The position numbers were made by a program, and so were the translations under genes. A DNA stretch of 64,000 nucleotides from an uncultured Gammaproteobacteria bacterium. GTDB lineage: Bacteria; Patescibacteriota; Patescibacteriia; Patescibacteriales; UBA12465. The DNA is taken from the NCBI GenBank assembly GCA_964639785.1, contig CAZXEE010000003.1:21384-85383 (forward strand), written 5' to 3'. This document shows, piece by piece, positions 8,721-17,270 of the stretch; position 1 is the first letter of the stretch; every line of letters starts with the position of its first letter. The notes under the pieces were generated by a model. It had not been told where the DNA came from, ran no database searches, and saw nothing but the letters and a program-made list of their open reading frames with translations.

Positions 8721-9080
8721 ATGGCTTCTCGGATCGAACAAATCAATGAAGGTTTGAAGCAGGAATTAGCCAATGTCTTAAATAAAGAGTTGGAGTTAAG
8801 AAATGCTTTGGTCACCGTATCCTATGTTTATTGTTCTGATGATCTGAATTATGCTCGGGTTGGGGTTTCAGTTTTGCCGGATAGGTTAGCTGGAACAGCG
8901 CTTAGATTGTTAAGAGCAAAGAGCGGCCCGATCGCTAAGATGCTCCAGAAGAGAACTTCAATCAGGAAAATACCTAAAATAACCTGGGAATTAGACACAA
9001 CGGAAAGAGAAGCTAGCGTTATTGAAAAAGCCATTGCTGCCGAACAAGAGGAAATTGAACATCTACGAGATGAAGAATAA
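8721..9080 (+). CDS. rbfA: Ribosome-binding factor A
   Basis: The 119-aa protein carries RIEQINEGLKQELANVL...VTVSYV and follows infB. Confidence 0.85.
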   Translation: MASRIEQINEGLKQELANVLNKELELRNALVTVSYVYCSDDLNYARVGVSVLPDRLAGTALRLLRAKSGPIAKMLQKRTSIRKIPKITWELDTTEREASVIEKAIAAEQEEIEHLRDEE

Positions 9081-9084
9081 TAAA

Positions 9085-9107
9085 AATGCCCGTTATTCGG
9101 GCATTTT
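9085..9107 (+). terminator. Intrinsic terminator after rbfA
   Basis: The stem AATGCCCG 9085-9092 / CGGGCATT 9098-9105 has loop TTATT and is followed by a T-run. Confidence 0.6.
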
Positions 9108-9113
9108 AAGTAT

Positions 9114-10124
9114 ATGAACGAAGAATATTCAAATTATTGCCAACAAGCCTATCGGAAGATATTGGCTGCTAAAAATATCTTGATAGTCTCTCATCTGCAT
9201 CCAGATGTCGATGCTATGTCTTCGATTGGAATCATGGTTGAGCTAACGGAAAATTTAGGCAAGAATTATCTAGCTTATGCCCAAGATAAAGAGGATGGGA
9301 TATTTGATTTTTTACCTCATTCTGAAAGAGTCCACTCTAAATTACCAATCGGTTTTTCCTTATCCGATTACGACCTGATATTGGTCTTGGATTGCGGTGA
9401 GGTTAATCGAACTGGAATAGCTGAAGCTTTGCGTTGCCGTAATAAGGAAAATAATTATGTAATTGAGTTCGATCATCATCCTCCGGTTAGCCATTTTGCT
9501 GACTTAGAAATTCGTTTACCTAAATTAGCCTCAGCTACTGAAGTGCTTTATCATTTTTTGCGGGTTAATGATGTTGATATTAATAAGAATATTTCCAATC
9601 TTTTGTTGTCCGGAATATTAACTGACACAGGAAATTTTTTATATCCATCAACCAGTGAAGATACTATCAATATTGCTTCTGAATTATTACAGCATGGTGC
9701 GCAGCTGCCAAAAATATACCAGCATACTTTGCAGAATAAGAATTTGGTTTCTATGAAGTTATTGGGGCTGGCTCTCAAGAACTTGAAAATAAATCCTAGG
9801 TATAATCTGGCTGTTTCCGTTTTGACCAAAGAAGAGATTGAGGAAGCGGTCCAAGCTTTTGATCCGGATGAAGTGATTAATGACATTTTTGGCGATATTA
9901 TTGGCTTTTTGAGTAATTTAGGCGGAGTTAAAGGGGTTATTTTATTGAGAGAAGAATCAAATGGCAAGGTTAAAGCTAATCTACGTACGGCTGATCCGGA
10001 TACTATTATTTCTCCTTTGGCTCATATTTTTGGCGGAGGCGGGCACCCTAAGGCTAGTGGTTTTTTAATTGATGGACGGATTATCAAAAAGGGTGATGAT
10101 TGGGAATTTGGATATTTGAACTAA
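9114..10124 (+). CDS. DHH/DHHA1-family phosphoesterase (NrnA-like oligoribonuclease / pAp phosphatase)
   Basis: The motifs HLHPDVDAMSS, EFDHHP, GILTDTGNF and the DHHA1 GGGGHPKASG are present. Confidence 0.8.
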   Translation: MNEEYSNYCQQAYRKILAAKNILIVSHLHPDVDAMSSIGIMVELTENLGKNYLAYAQDKEDGIFDFLPHSERVHSKLPIGFSLSDYDLILVLDCGEVNRTGIAEALRCRNKENNYVIEFDHHPPVSHFADLEIRLPKLASATEVLYHFLRVNDVDINKNISNLLLSGILTDTGNFLYPSTSEDTINIASELLQHGAQLPKIYQHTLQNKNLVSMKLLGLALKNLKINPRYNLAVSVLTKEEIEEAVQAFDPDEVINDIFGDIIGFLSNLGGVKGVILLREESNGKVKANLRTADPDTIISPLAHIFGGGGHPKASGFLIDGRIIKKGDDWEFGYLN

Positions 10125-10140
10125 TGTATTTTTGGATAAG

Positions 10141-10176
10141 AAAAAAAGCCATCTTTTTGAGATGGCTTTTATTTTT
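10141..10176. terminator. Bidirectional terminator between convergent genes
   Basis: The stem AAAGCCATC 10145-10153 / GATGGCTTT 10161-10169 is flanked by an A-run and a T-run. Confidence 0.7.
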
Positions 10177-10187
10177 GTTTGTAGGTC

Positions 10188-11438
10188 TTATCTGAATGTG
10201 AATCCTCCGGCATTAGCATTGTAGGAGGGAGAGTTGACCATGTTGGAATTTGGGATGAATGTCCCGGCAGTAATTTCTTCGCCGAAGCGGATGAAGACAT
10301 CACCGACACCAGAAACGGTAGCATATGGAATGGAAACTCCGAAGTATTCGGTGTTATTCCATTGAGCTGGCGGTGTGGCAAAGTTTGTCCATGTTCCGGT
10401 AGTGCCTATCTTGTACTGCGCTTTCTTATAAGAACTGCTGACGATGGCACTTGGATAGAGTGCCCAGAAATACATTGTCGAGCTAATCTTCTGTCCCCGG
10501 AAGATATTGTCCCCAACACTTCCGGGAAGATTAAAATTTACATTTCCGGGATTGCAGGTTTGGCCGCCAGGGGTAGTGATAACACCGGTAGAAAGGTTGA
10601 TGTAGAATTCGAACATCTGGCCTGATCCGGTAGCGTTATTGGCATAGAAGCTGCCTGTCGGGGTAGCCCAGGTGCCATTATTACCGCTGGTTCCGTTGCC
10701 AGATTGGCTTTTCACCAGGTAGTTGAATTTGAATCTCGATCCGTAATTATTGGTATAATACAGATTGTTGTTCGTATTCATGATGTTGAAAACAACTTCT
10801 GTGCTGTCACCGGTAAAGGTAAGCGGCAGGTGATCGTAGAGCGTCGGTTGGCATTCATTAACCCAGGCATAGCCGTAAGGTGCAGGCATAGTTCCGAGAC
10901 CGCCAGGGGTCAGATAGAATTTCATGGTTACCTGCCAGCCGCCAGTGATAGCAGTGGTCGATACCCATTTAACCGGCACATTGCTGGTTGGGATGACAAT
11001 GCTGCTGATGTGGACATAGAAGGTGTGGGTAAATGATTGGCTGGTGGTCGGATTAACTCCTGATACCGAAACTGTATAATCACCTTCGTTGGGAAAATCA
11101 TACATGATCTGGTCGGTGCCGGTTTTGTTGTAATAAGCGGTTCCGCCGACAGTCTGGGTAATAGTCCAGTTTCCGATTAAAGGATTCTGAGACTGGTCTT
11201 CCAGGTAGAAGAAGGTGTTGATTCCTTTGGTGGTGAAGTTAAGGGTCTGGCCGTCGACAATAGCGCCGGTCATCAGATCTTTAGCTCCATCGCTTCTTTC
11301 GTAGCGGATAGACTCGCTTCCGGTTGGGGGAATGGGGTTGTTGCCGTTGGATGAAACATCATCCAGTTCATATTTTCTGCAACCGCTCATGACAATCATC
11401 ATGATTGCCAGAAACATAAAACTAATCTTCGTTTTCAT
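10188..11438 (-). CDS. Exported lipoprotein of unknown function (Thr/Gly/Asn/Tyr-rich, beta-sandwich-like)
   Basis: A signal peptide with lipobox (MKTKISFMFLAIMMIVMSGC) is present. The segment NEGDYTVSVSGVNPTTSQSFTHTFYV resembles a PKD/Ig-like strand pattern. No catalytic motif was recognised. Confidence 0.7.
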   Translation of the reverse strand: MKTKISFMFLAIMMIVMSGCRKYELDDVSSNGNNPIPPTGSESIRYERSDGAKDLMTGAIVDGQTLNFTTKGINTFFYLEDQSQNPLIGNWTITQTVGGTAYYNKTGTDQIMYDFPNEGDYTVSVSGVNPTTSQSFTHTFYVHISSIVIPTSNVPVKWVSTTAITGGWQVTMKFYLTPGGLGTMPAPYGYAWVNECQPTLYDHLPLTFTGDSTEVVFNIMNTNNNLYYTNNYGSRFKFNYLVKSQSGNGTSGNNGTWATPTGSFYANNATGSGQMFEFYINLSTGVITTPGGQTCNPGNVNFNLPGSVGDNIFRGQKISSTMYFWALYPSAIVSSSYKKAQYKIGTTGTWTNFATPPAQWNNTEYFGVSIPYATVSGVGDVFIRFGEEITAGTFIPNSNMVNSPSYNANAGGFTFR

Positions 11439-11472
11439 AATATGTGATTTTTTTGTTAGACAAAAGGATTTA

Positions 11473-11531
11473 CTTGATGATAAAGATCCTGTCGGCCTTT
11501 ATCAAAGACCATCAAAATCTTTATCATCAAG
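11473..11531. repeat. Perfect 15-bp inverted repeat with a 29-nt spacer in the lipoprotein 5' region
   Basis: CTTGATGATAAAGAT at 11473-11487 is exactly complementary to ATCTTTATCATCAAG at 11517-11531. Confidence 0.85.
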
Positions 11532-11574
11532 CTATTATGAAAAACGTTTGTCAAAGGGCTAATTTAATCTTTTA

Positions 11575-11603
11575 ATGATATCATATATTTGTTAATTTGT
11601 CAA
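11575..11603 (-). promoter_or_regulatory. Promoter for the lipoprotein gene (TTGACA -17- TATCAT with TGn extension)
   Basis: On the - strand, the -35 TTGACA is the complement of 11598-11603 and the -10 TATCAT is the complement of 11575-11580. The spacer is exactly 17 nt and TG precedes the -10. Confidence 0.5.
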
Positions 11604-11610
11604 TAGTATA

Positions 11611-11641
11611 CAAAAAACACCCTGATTATAGGGTGTTTTTC
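11611..11641 (-). terminator. Intrinsic terminator overlapping the trmD stop codon
   Basis: The stem ACACCC 11617-11622 / GGGTGT 11631-11636 holds the trmD stop (11626-11628) in its loop. A T-run follows on the - strand (complement of 11611-11617). Confidence 0.65.
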
Positions 11642-12288
11642 TTGTGTTTTTCTCTCCATTCTTTGATCTTTTGGTGGTTTCCCGAGAGTAGTATTTCCGG
11701 AACATCATAGTTTTTACCTTTGGCCTTGAACCTTTCCGGCTTGGTATATTGGGGATATTCTAGGATGCCTACTTGAGAATGGGACTCATCTTGAGAGCTG
11801 GTTTCATTGCCTAGGGCTCCTGGCAGGAGACGGGTAATGGAATCAACCATAACCATGGTCCCTAGTTCTCCTCCGGTCAATACATAGTCGCCGATAGATA
11901 TTTCGTCGTCGATAAACTCTTTGATCCTTTCATCAACTCCTTCATAACGGCCGCAGATGAATACTACCTCGTTTAGCTTGGAATATTCTTGGGCTAATTG
12001 CTGGTTCCATTTTCGGCCTTGGGCTGAGAGCAGGACGATCTTTCTTTTTTTGTTGGCTCGGGGCGCCAGTTTTTTAACGGCCTGGTAAAGCGGTTCGATT
12101 TTCATCAGCATGCCGGCCCCGCCGCCATATGGGGTATCATCTACGGTCCGGTGGCGATCAGAGGTAAATTCTCTCAAATCTTGGCTAAAAATGTTGATAA
12201 TCCCTTGTTTTTGGGCTCTTTTAATGATTCCTTCGGAAAAATAAGAGTCAAATATCTTGGGAAAGATGGTAATGATTTTGAAGTTCAT
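11626..12288 (-). CDS. trmD: tRNA (guanine37-N1)-methyltransferase
   Basis: The motifs FKIITIFPKIF, DDTPYGGGAGMLMK and ICGRYEGVDERI are present. Confidence 0.95.
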   Translation of the reverse strand: MNFKIITIFPKIFDSYFSEGIIKRAQKQGIINIFSQDLREFTSDRHRTVDDTPYGGGAGMLMKIEPLYQAVKKLAPRANKKRKIVLLSAQGRKWNQQLAQEYSKLNEVVFICGRYEGVDERIKEFIDDEISIGDYVLTGGELGTMVMVDSITRLLPGALGNETSSQDESHSQVGILEYPQYTKPERFKAKGKNYDVPEILLSGNHQKIKEWREKHKKNTL

Positions 12289-12304
12289 AAGTTGGTTATT
12301 AAAT

Positions 12305-12337
12305 AAAAAACCACAGTGAAATAAGCTGTGGTTTTTT
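12305..12337. terminator. Bidirectional terminator-like hairpin between the KH-domain gene and trmD
   Basis: The stem AACCACAG 12309-12316 / CTGTGGTT 12326-12333 is flanked by an A-run and a T-run. Confidence 0.6.
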
Positions 12338-12361
12338 ATTTATATCTGATGATTTTGAATA

Positions 12362-12682
12362 CTAGATTTTTAAGTCATCAACTGCGGAAGTATCGATATC
12401 TCTATCTTCTCTTCTTGGCATACCGCTTGGTTTAGCGCCACCATTTGGATCATAGATCTTCAAGTTAACGCGAGAATTGTTCTTAGCACCAACGATCTTT
12501 AATAAGGTCCGGATAGCTTGAGCAGTTTGACCACGGCGACCAATGACATAACCCATGTCAGCTGGATCGATTTTTAGAGTCAAAAGAACGCCCATTTCAT
12601 CTACGGTTCTATCAACCACAACAGCGTCCGGGTTGGAAACGATGTTTTTTACAATCATCTCTAAGAATTCCTTGTCCTTCAT
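12362..12682 (-). CDS. KH-domain RNA-binding protein (YlqC/UPF0109-like)
   Basis: The motif LTLKIDPADMGYVIGRRGQTAQAIRTLLKIV (GxxG KH motif) is present. The gene follows rpsP, as in many bacteria. Confidence 0.8.
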   Translation of the reverse strand: MKDKEFLEMIVKNIVSNPDAVVVDRTVDEMGVLLTLKIDPADMGYVIGRRGQTAQAIRTLLKIVGAKNNSRVNLKIYDPNGGAKPSGMPRREDRDIDTSAVDDLKI

Positions 12683-12813
12683 ACAATTCTTTCTCTAACA
12701 AATTGAGCGATTGAAAATCTCTCAACTTTGTCAAAAAATTTATTAATTACATTTGCCTGCTCTAACAGGCAATTTATAATACTAAGTATAGCAGAGAGCT
12801 GAAAATTGTCAAT

Positions 12814-13239
12814 TTACGCAGCAGTTTCTTCGGTGGTTTCAGCTACGGCCTCTTCAGCTGGAGCATTAGCTTCGGCTTCAGCGGCTTCTTTAGCAGCAGC
12901 TTCCTTGGCGGCCTTATCAGCAGCAGCCTTCTTAACATCTTCCTGTTTCTTGGTGATTTTTTCGTTTCTCTTCTTGCTGATGCTGGAGCTGGTAACCTTT
13001 TTACCGGCGATGACCTTCTTTTCAACTAGTAAATTGTTAACGGTTGGGGATAATTCCGCGCCATTTTCAATCCAGTGTTTTACTCGGTCAGCTTTTACTT
13101 GCAAGTCCTTGGAATGGGGATTATATGAACCCAAGATTTCTAAAGAATCTCCAAATGGATCCTTAGTCTTCTCGGAAACAATCAACCGGAACATTTTTTT
13201 GTTCTTTTTTCCGACTTGAGATAGTCTGATAGTTAACAT
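12814..13239 (-). CDS. rpsP: 30S ribosomal protein S16 with a ~55-aa Lys/Ala/Glu-rich C-terminal extension
   Basis: The N-terminus MLTIRLSQVGKKNKKMFRLIVSEKTKDPFG...NPH is a typical S16. The tail reads KKRNEKITKKQEDVKKAAADKAAKEAAAKEAAEAEANAPAEEA. Confidence 0.9.
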   Translation of the reverse strand: MLTIRLSQVGKKNKKMFRLIVSEKTKDPFGDSLEILGSYNPHSKDLQVKADRVKHWIENGAELSPTVNNLLVEKKVIAGKKVTSSSISKKRNEKITKKQEDVKKAAADKAAKEAAAKEAAEAEANAPAEEAVAETTEETAA

Positions 13240-13306
13240 AATGGTTGTTTATTCGTTAATTTTATAGAAAAATATTAGCTTAATAGGGTCTAAAAGTCAA
13301 TAGCTT

Positions 13307-15574
13307 TTAGAATCGAGGCCGGCGAGGACCGCCGAAACCTCCGCCGTTAGGACGATGGCCGCCTGGGCGGTTGAATCCTGCTCCAGCCGGACGACCGGCA
13401 GATTTGCCTTTTTCATCCTTCCAAAGAGGCATGTTCTCTTCCAAGCCCTTCATAGTCAGGTTGACTCGGCCTTGGTCATCGATTTCCTTGATTTTGGCGG
13501 TAACAACATCGCCGACGCTCAAGAAATCACTTGGAGAGGCGATGAAATATGGGGCCATTTCGCTGACGCGAATCAAGCCGTCATTGCCTCCGCCTAATTC
13601 CAAGAAAGCACCGAAGTCCATGATGCGGACGATCTTGCCGGTAAAGACTTCTCCGACTTCGAATTCGCGGATGATGTCTTTGACAGCCTTTTCAGCGCCT
13701 AGACATTTCTCAGCATCAACGCCGCAGATATTAACCTGGCCGTCATCTTCAATATCGATAGAAACTTCGAACTCATCGATGATCTTGTTGATAGTCTTTC
13801 CTCCGGTTCCGATAACTGCTCCGATCTTGCTTGGGTCAATCTTGAAGGAGATAATTCTTGGAGCATACTTAGACAGTTCAGTTCTTGGAGCTGAAATAGC
13901 TCCCTTTAATACTGATAGCACTTGGTTCAAGGCTTCACGGCCCTGGGTCAAGGTCTTTCTGATAATCTCTTCGGTCAATCCGGTAGTTTTGGTGTCTAAT
14001 TGGATAGCAGTCAAACCTTCATCAGTTCCGGTAATCTTGAAATCCATACCGCCATTACCATCTTCTAAATCCTGGATATCGGTTAAGACTTCCCATTGGC
14101 TCATATCATGGTTGGAGGCGAGACCCATAGCGATACCGCCGACATGGCGTTTGATTGGGACACCAGCATCCATTAATGATAAGGTTGAACCGCAAGTTGA
14201 AGCCATTGATGATGAACCATTAGAACCTAAGGTTTCACTGACGACTCTGATGGTATAAGCGAATTCATCTTGTGGTGGCAGAACTGGCATCAAAGCTTTT
14301 TCAGCTAAAGCGCCATGGCCGACTTCACGGCGACCAGTGCCTCTCATCGGAGCAGCTTCTCCAACGCTATATGGTGGGAAATTATAATGATGCATGTAGC
14401 GTTTCTTGCTTTTGCCTTCGATTCCTTCCAAAGTTTGTTCTAATCCAGGAGCGCCTAGAGTAACGACTGACATGACCTGGGTTTCTCCACGAGAGAAAAG
14501 ACCGGTGCCATGAGTGCGAGGTAAAATAGCAATTTCGCCTGATAATTCGCGGATTTCGTTCAAAGCACGACCATCAACTCGACGCTTTTCTTCCAAGATA
14601 GCGCGGGTTACTTCCGCTTCGATCATTTCTTCGGCTAATTCTTTAATGATGAATTCGCGAGTAGACTTGTCGATATTCTGTGAGAAAAGATATTCGTCTA
14701 AATTTTCTTTGATGGCTCGGACAGCTCCTTTGCGCTCACCTTTAGTGTAATAGACTTTATCGAATAAATATTTTTTGATGTTCTCATTCAACCATGATTC
14801 GCCAATCTCTAACATCTTTTTCTTTTCTTCTTTAGTCTTAGCTTCTTCCTCGCTGATTAATTTCTTGGTTTCTTCTTTAGCTGGAGTAGCTACTTCTTTG
14901 GCCAATTCTTTAATCAGGTTGATAGCTGGTTGCATTTCTTTCTGTCCGGCCATGATAGCATCAAAAACGATGTCCTCGTGGACTTCGTTAGCTCCAGCTT
15001 CTAACATGATAACTTTTTGTTCAGTACCGGCAACTATCAAATCTAATTTGCTTAGAGCTTGCTGTTCATAGGTTGGATTGAAGACAAAATCATTTTCGAT
15101 CAAACCGACGCGAACGCCACCGATCGGTCCGTTCCATTTTATTCCAGCGATAGATAAAGCGGCGGAAGCAGCAATCAATCCTAAAACGTCATGGTCGTTC
15201 ACTCCATCAACTGATAAGACGGTCAAGATTACCTGGACATCCTTTTTGGAATTTTCGTCGAATAAAGGTCGGATAGCTCGATCAACCATGCGGCCGGTCA
15301 AGATTGCTTGGTCGGTAGGACGGCCTTCGCGCTTGATCCACTGGGAACCCTTGATGATACCGGCAGCATAAAGCTTCTCATCGAATTCAACCATGAGCGG
15401 GAAAAAGTCAACGCCTTCCCGTTCCTTACGAGCTTCGACTACGGTAGCCATCAATACGGTTTCGCCATATTGGACTGTTACGCAGGCATCAGCCTGTTTG
15501 GCTAATTTGCCTGTTTTGATGGTGAGGTTGCGGCCTAACCAATCACAGGAGACAACAGTTTCTTTGTTGTTCAT
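13307..15574 (-). CDS. pnp: Polynucleotide phosphorylase
   Basis: Two RNase PH domains, a KH domain (IGAVIGTGGKTINKI) and an S1 domain (GEVFTGKIVRIMDFGAFLEL) are present. The C-terminal tail is Gly/Arg/Pro-rich. Confidence 0.95.
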   Translation of the reverse strand: MNNKETVVSCDWLGRNLTIKTGKLAKQADACVTVQYGETVLMATVVEARKEREGVDFFPLMVEFDEKLYAAGIIKGSQWIKREGRPTDQAILTGRMVDRAIRPLFDENSKKDVQVILTVLSVDGVNDHDVLGLIAASAALSIAGIKWNGPIGGVRVGLIENDFVFNPTYEQQALSKLDLIVAGTEQKVIMLEAGANEVHEDIVFDAIMAGQKEMQPAINLIKELAKEVATPAKEETKKLISEEEAKTKEEKKKMLEIGESWLNENIKKYLFDKVYYTKGERKGAVRAIKENLDEYLFSQNIDKSTREFIIKELAEEMIEAEVTRAILEEKRRVDGRALNEIRELSGEIAILPRTHGTGLFSRGETQVMSVVTLGAPGLEQTLEGIEGKSKKRYMHHYNFPPYSVGEAAPMRGTGRREVGHGALAEKALMPVLPPQDEFAYTIRVVSETLGSNGSSSMASTCGSTLSLMDAGVPIKRHVGGIAMGLASNHDMSQWEVLTDIQDLEDGNGGMDFKITGTDEGLTAIQLDTKTTGLTEEIIRKTLTQGREALNQVLSVLKGAISAPRTELSKYAPRIISFKIDPSKIGAVIGTGGKTINKIIDEFEVSIDIEDDGQVNICGVDAEKCLGAEKAVKDIIREFEVGEVFTGKIVRIMDFGAFLELGGGNDGLIRVSEMAPYFIASPSDFLSVGDVVTAKIKEIDDQGRVNLTMKGLEENMPLWKDEKGKSAGRPAGAGFNRPGGHRPNGGGFGGPRRPRF

Positions 15575-15823
15575 AATTTGTGTCGCTTGGCCGCCAGATT
15601 ATAAGACTGTAGATTCGCTCTAACAGTGCTATGTATCTGCCGGTCAAGGCTTTATTAATTAAGTTGTTTTTGGGGTTAATATTACCTTTTAAAACATTCT
15701 AAGTTTATAATAAATTTTATGATTTGTAAATAGGGAAAAATTGACATAATTTATCCTTTGTATTGTTTTTGGGGATATAAATTGATATTTAATCCTTAGC
15801 TTGTTTCCAATCGGTTATTGTAA

Positions 15824-15853
15824 CAAAAAAGACCCATAAATGGGTCCTTTTTG
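15824..15853. terminator. Terminator after the NYN-domain gene
   Basis: The stem AAGACCCA 15829-15836 / TGGGTC(C)TT 15841-15849 is flanked by an A-run and a T-run. Confidence 0.65.
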
Positions 15854-15869
15854 TTATATAGAATTGTGA

Positions 15870-16364
15870 TTAGATCAAAAATTTCTTGCTAGCTCCTAGA
15901 TCAATGAAGTCATCGGACTCTTCAACCAGGCGGGAGGAAGCGGTTTTGCGGAAGGCCATAATTTCAACTAGGCAGCCTTTGTTGTTCTGTAGGTAAGAAA
16001 CAACCGGTAGGTAATCGCCATCGCCGGAAACTAGGATAATGACATCTAATTTGTCGCCTAGTTTGATGGCATCGATGGTAATACCGACATCCCAATCGCC
16101 TTTTTTGGCTCCTCCAGCAAAGATTTGGAGGTCTTTCATCTTAACCTCGAACCCTTGTTGGCTCAAGGCTTCAAAGAAAGCCATTTCATCCTTATTTTCA
16201 GTCTTAATGACGTAGGCTGTGGCTCGGATCAATTTCCGTCCCGCTACAGCTTTAGTCAAAATTTCGCGAAAATTAACCTTTTTTCCGTATAAATTCTTGG
16301 CGCTATGGTACATGTTGGAAACATCTACCAGGACGCCTACTCGTTGTTCGCGATGTTTTATCAT
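15870..16364 (-). CDS. NYN-domain (LabA/DUF88-like) putative ribonuclease
   Basis: The pattern RVGVLVDVSNMYHSAKNLYGKKVNF ... DVIILVSGDGDYLPVV is typical of LabA-like NYN/PIN-fold proteins. Confidence 0.75.
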   Translation of the reverse strand: MIKHREQRVGVLVDVSNMYHSAKNLYGKKVNFREILTKAVAGRKLIRATAYVIKTENKDEMAFFEALSQQGFEVKMKDLQIFAGGAKKGDWDVGITIDAIKLGDKLDVIILVSGDGDYLPVVSYLQNNKGCLVEIMAFRKTASSRLVEESDDFIDLGASKKFLI

Positions 16365-16370
16365 AATTGA

Positions 16371-16739
16371 TTATTTTTCTTCAATCTCGTCTTCTATGTC
16401 GTTTTCACCCAGAGCTTCATCAAATTTCTTTTCTTTCTTAGCCTTTTCTTCTTCCTCTTCTTGTAATTTGTTGGCAATCTTCAGTTTTAATTTGATAGCT
16501 AGGTCAGCAAATGCTTTAGAATCTTCTTTTTGTAAGTATTTCAGTAAGCGACGTCTTTCAGCTACTTTCTTTAGCAAACCGCGGCGAGAAGAGTAATCAT
16601 GCTTGTGAGCCTTCAAATGCTCGGATAATTGCTCGATTTCAGCAGTTAAGATAGCTATCTGGACCTGTGGGGATCCGGTATCGCTATCGTGAGTGCGGAA
16701 CTTTTTAATTAATTTTTCCTTGTTTTTCTTGTCTAACAT
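16371..16739 (-). CDS. rpsO: 30S ribosomal protein S15 with a ~33-aa acidic C-terminal extension
   Basis: The S15 core [50 protein letters not shown] is followed by the tail [30 protein letters not shown]. Confidence 0.9.
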   Translation of the reverse strand: MLDKKNKEKLIKKFRTHDSDTGSPQVQIAILTAEIEQLSEHLKAHKHDYSSRRGLLKKVAERRRLLKYLQKEDSKAFADLAIKLKLKIANKLQEEEEEKAKKEKKFDEALGENDIEDEIEEK

Positions 16740-16803
16740 AGACTTGTCATCCCCAGACCGAGGTATGGCTCAAACCATATCCAAGAATGGGCAATATTAT
16801 TAA

Positions 16804-17064
16804 TTATTTAACTTTATTAGCTTTTTTCTGTAATTTTGATTTCTGGCGGGAAGCGGTATTCTTCTTGATGATTCCTTTTTTAACCATCTTATCGATAGCC
16901 TGGATAGTGCTGCCGATAGTTTCTTTTACTTTAGAATCCTTAGCTTCGACTTTTTTGATGGTTTCTTTTACTAATTTTCTGGTTTTAGCTTTTACGCTAT
17001 TATTGGCCTTATTTCTCTTTACGGTTTTGCGTAATTCTTTTTTGGCCGATTGTTTATTAGGCAT
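16804..17064 (-). CDS. rpsT: 30S ribosomal protein S20
   Basis: The 86-aa basic helical protein carries MPNKQSAKKELRKTVKRNKANNSVK...ASRQKSKL. Confidence 0.85.
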   Translation of the reverse strand: MPNKQSAKKELRKTVKRNKANNSVKAKTRKLVKETIKKVEAKDSKVKETIGSTIQAIDKMVKKGIIKKNTASRQKSKLQKKANKVK

Positions 17065-17160
17065 AGTAGATATACGATTGATTAATTAAATTCAAAAAAA
17101 TCATAACATAATAAAAAACAAAAATCAAGTTTTTGGTTCTTATTGCTATGATTCATTCTG

Positions 17161-17234
17161 TCGGGGTGGCGGGACTCGAACCCACGATCTTCTGGTCCCA
17201 AACCAGACGCCTTAGCCAACTGGGCCACACCCCG
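17161..17234 (-). tRNA. tRNA-Pro (anticodon TGG)
   Basis: The reverse complement reads CGGGGTG..TCTGG-TTTGGGA-CCAGA..GTGGG-TTCGAGT-CCCGC-CACCCCG-A. Confidence 0.9.
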
Positions 17235-17270
17235 ATTTAAAATTAAACCCAATAATCTGGGTTTAATTTG

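Noticed and set aside
10188..11438. I considered horizontal acquisition of the lipoprotein gene, based on an apparently higher GC content.
   Set aside because: This is only a visual impression. GC also rises in other genes (for example the 3' end of pnp), and there are no flanking repeats or mobility genes. It needs a computed composition profile, so it is reported only as a weak note.
12806..13219. An Ala/Ser/Leu-rich 137-aa + strand ORF lies opposite rpsP.
   Set aside because: It is the mirror image of the Lys/Ala/Glu-rich tail of S16 (GCN/GAA/AAG codons read backwards). The S16 frame has the conserved N-terminus.
13371..14258. A 295-aa + strand ORF lies inside pnp, along with many other 60-140-aa ORFs antisense to pnp, infB, polA, ftsH, rnj, hppA and the peptidase.
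   Set aside because: They are all fully embedded antisense (or out of frame) in genes with unmistakable conserved motifs. Their products are Ser/Pro/Leu-rich low-complexity sequences, the classic shadow-ORF signature.
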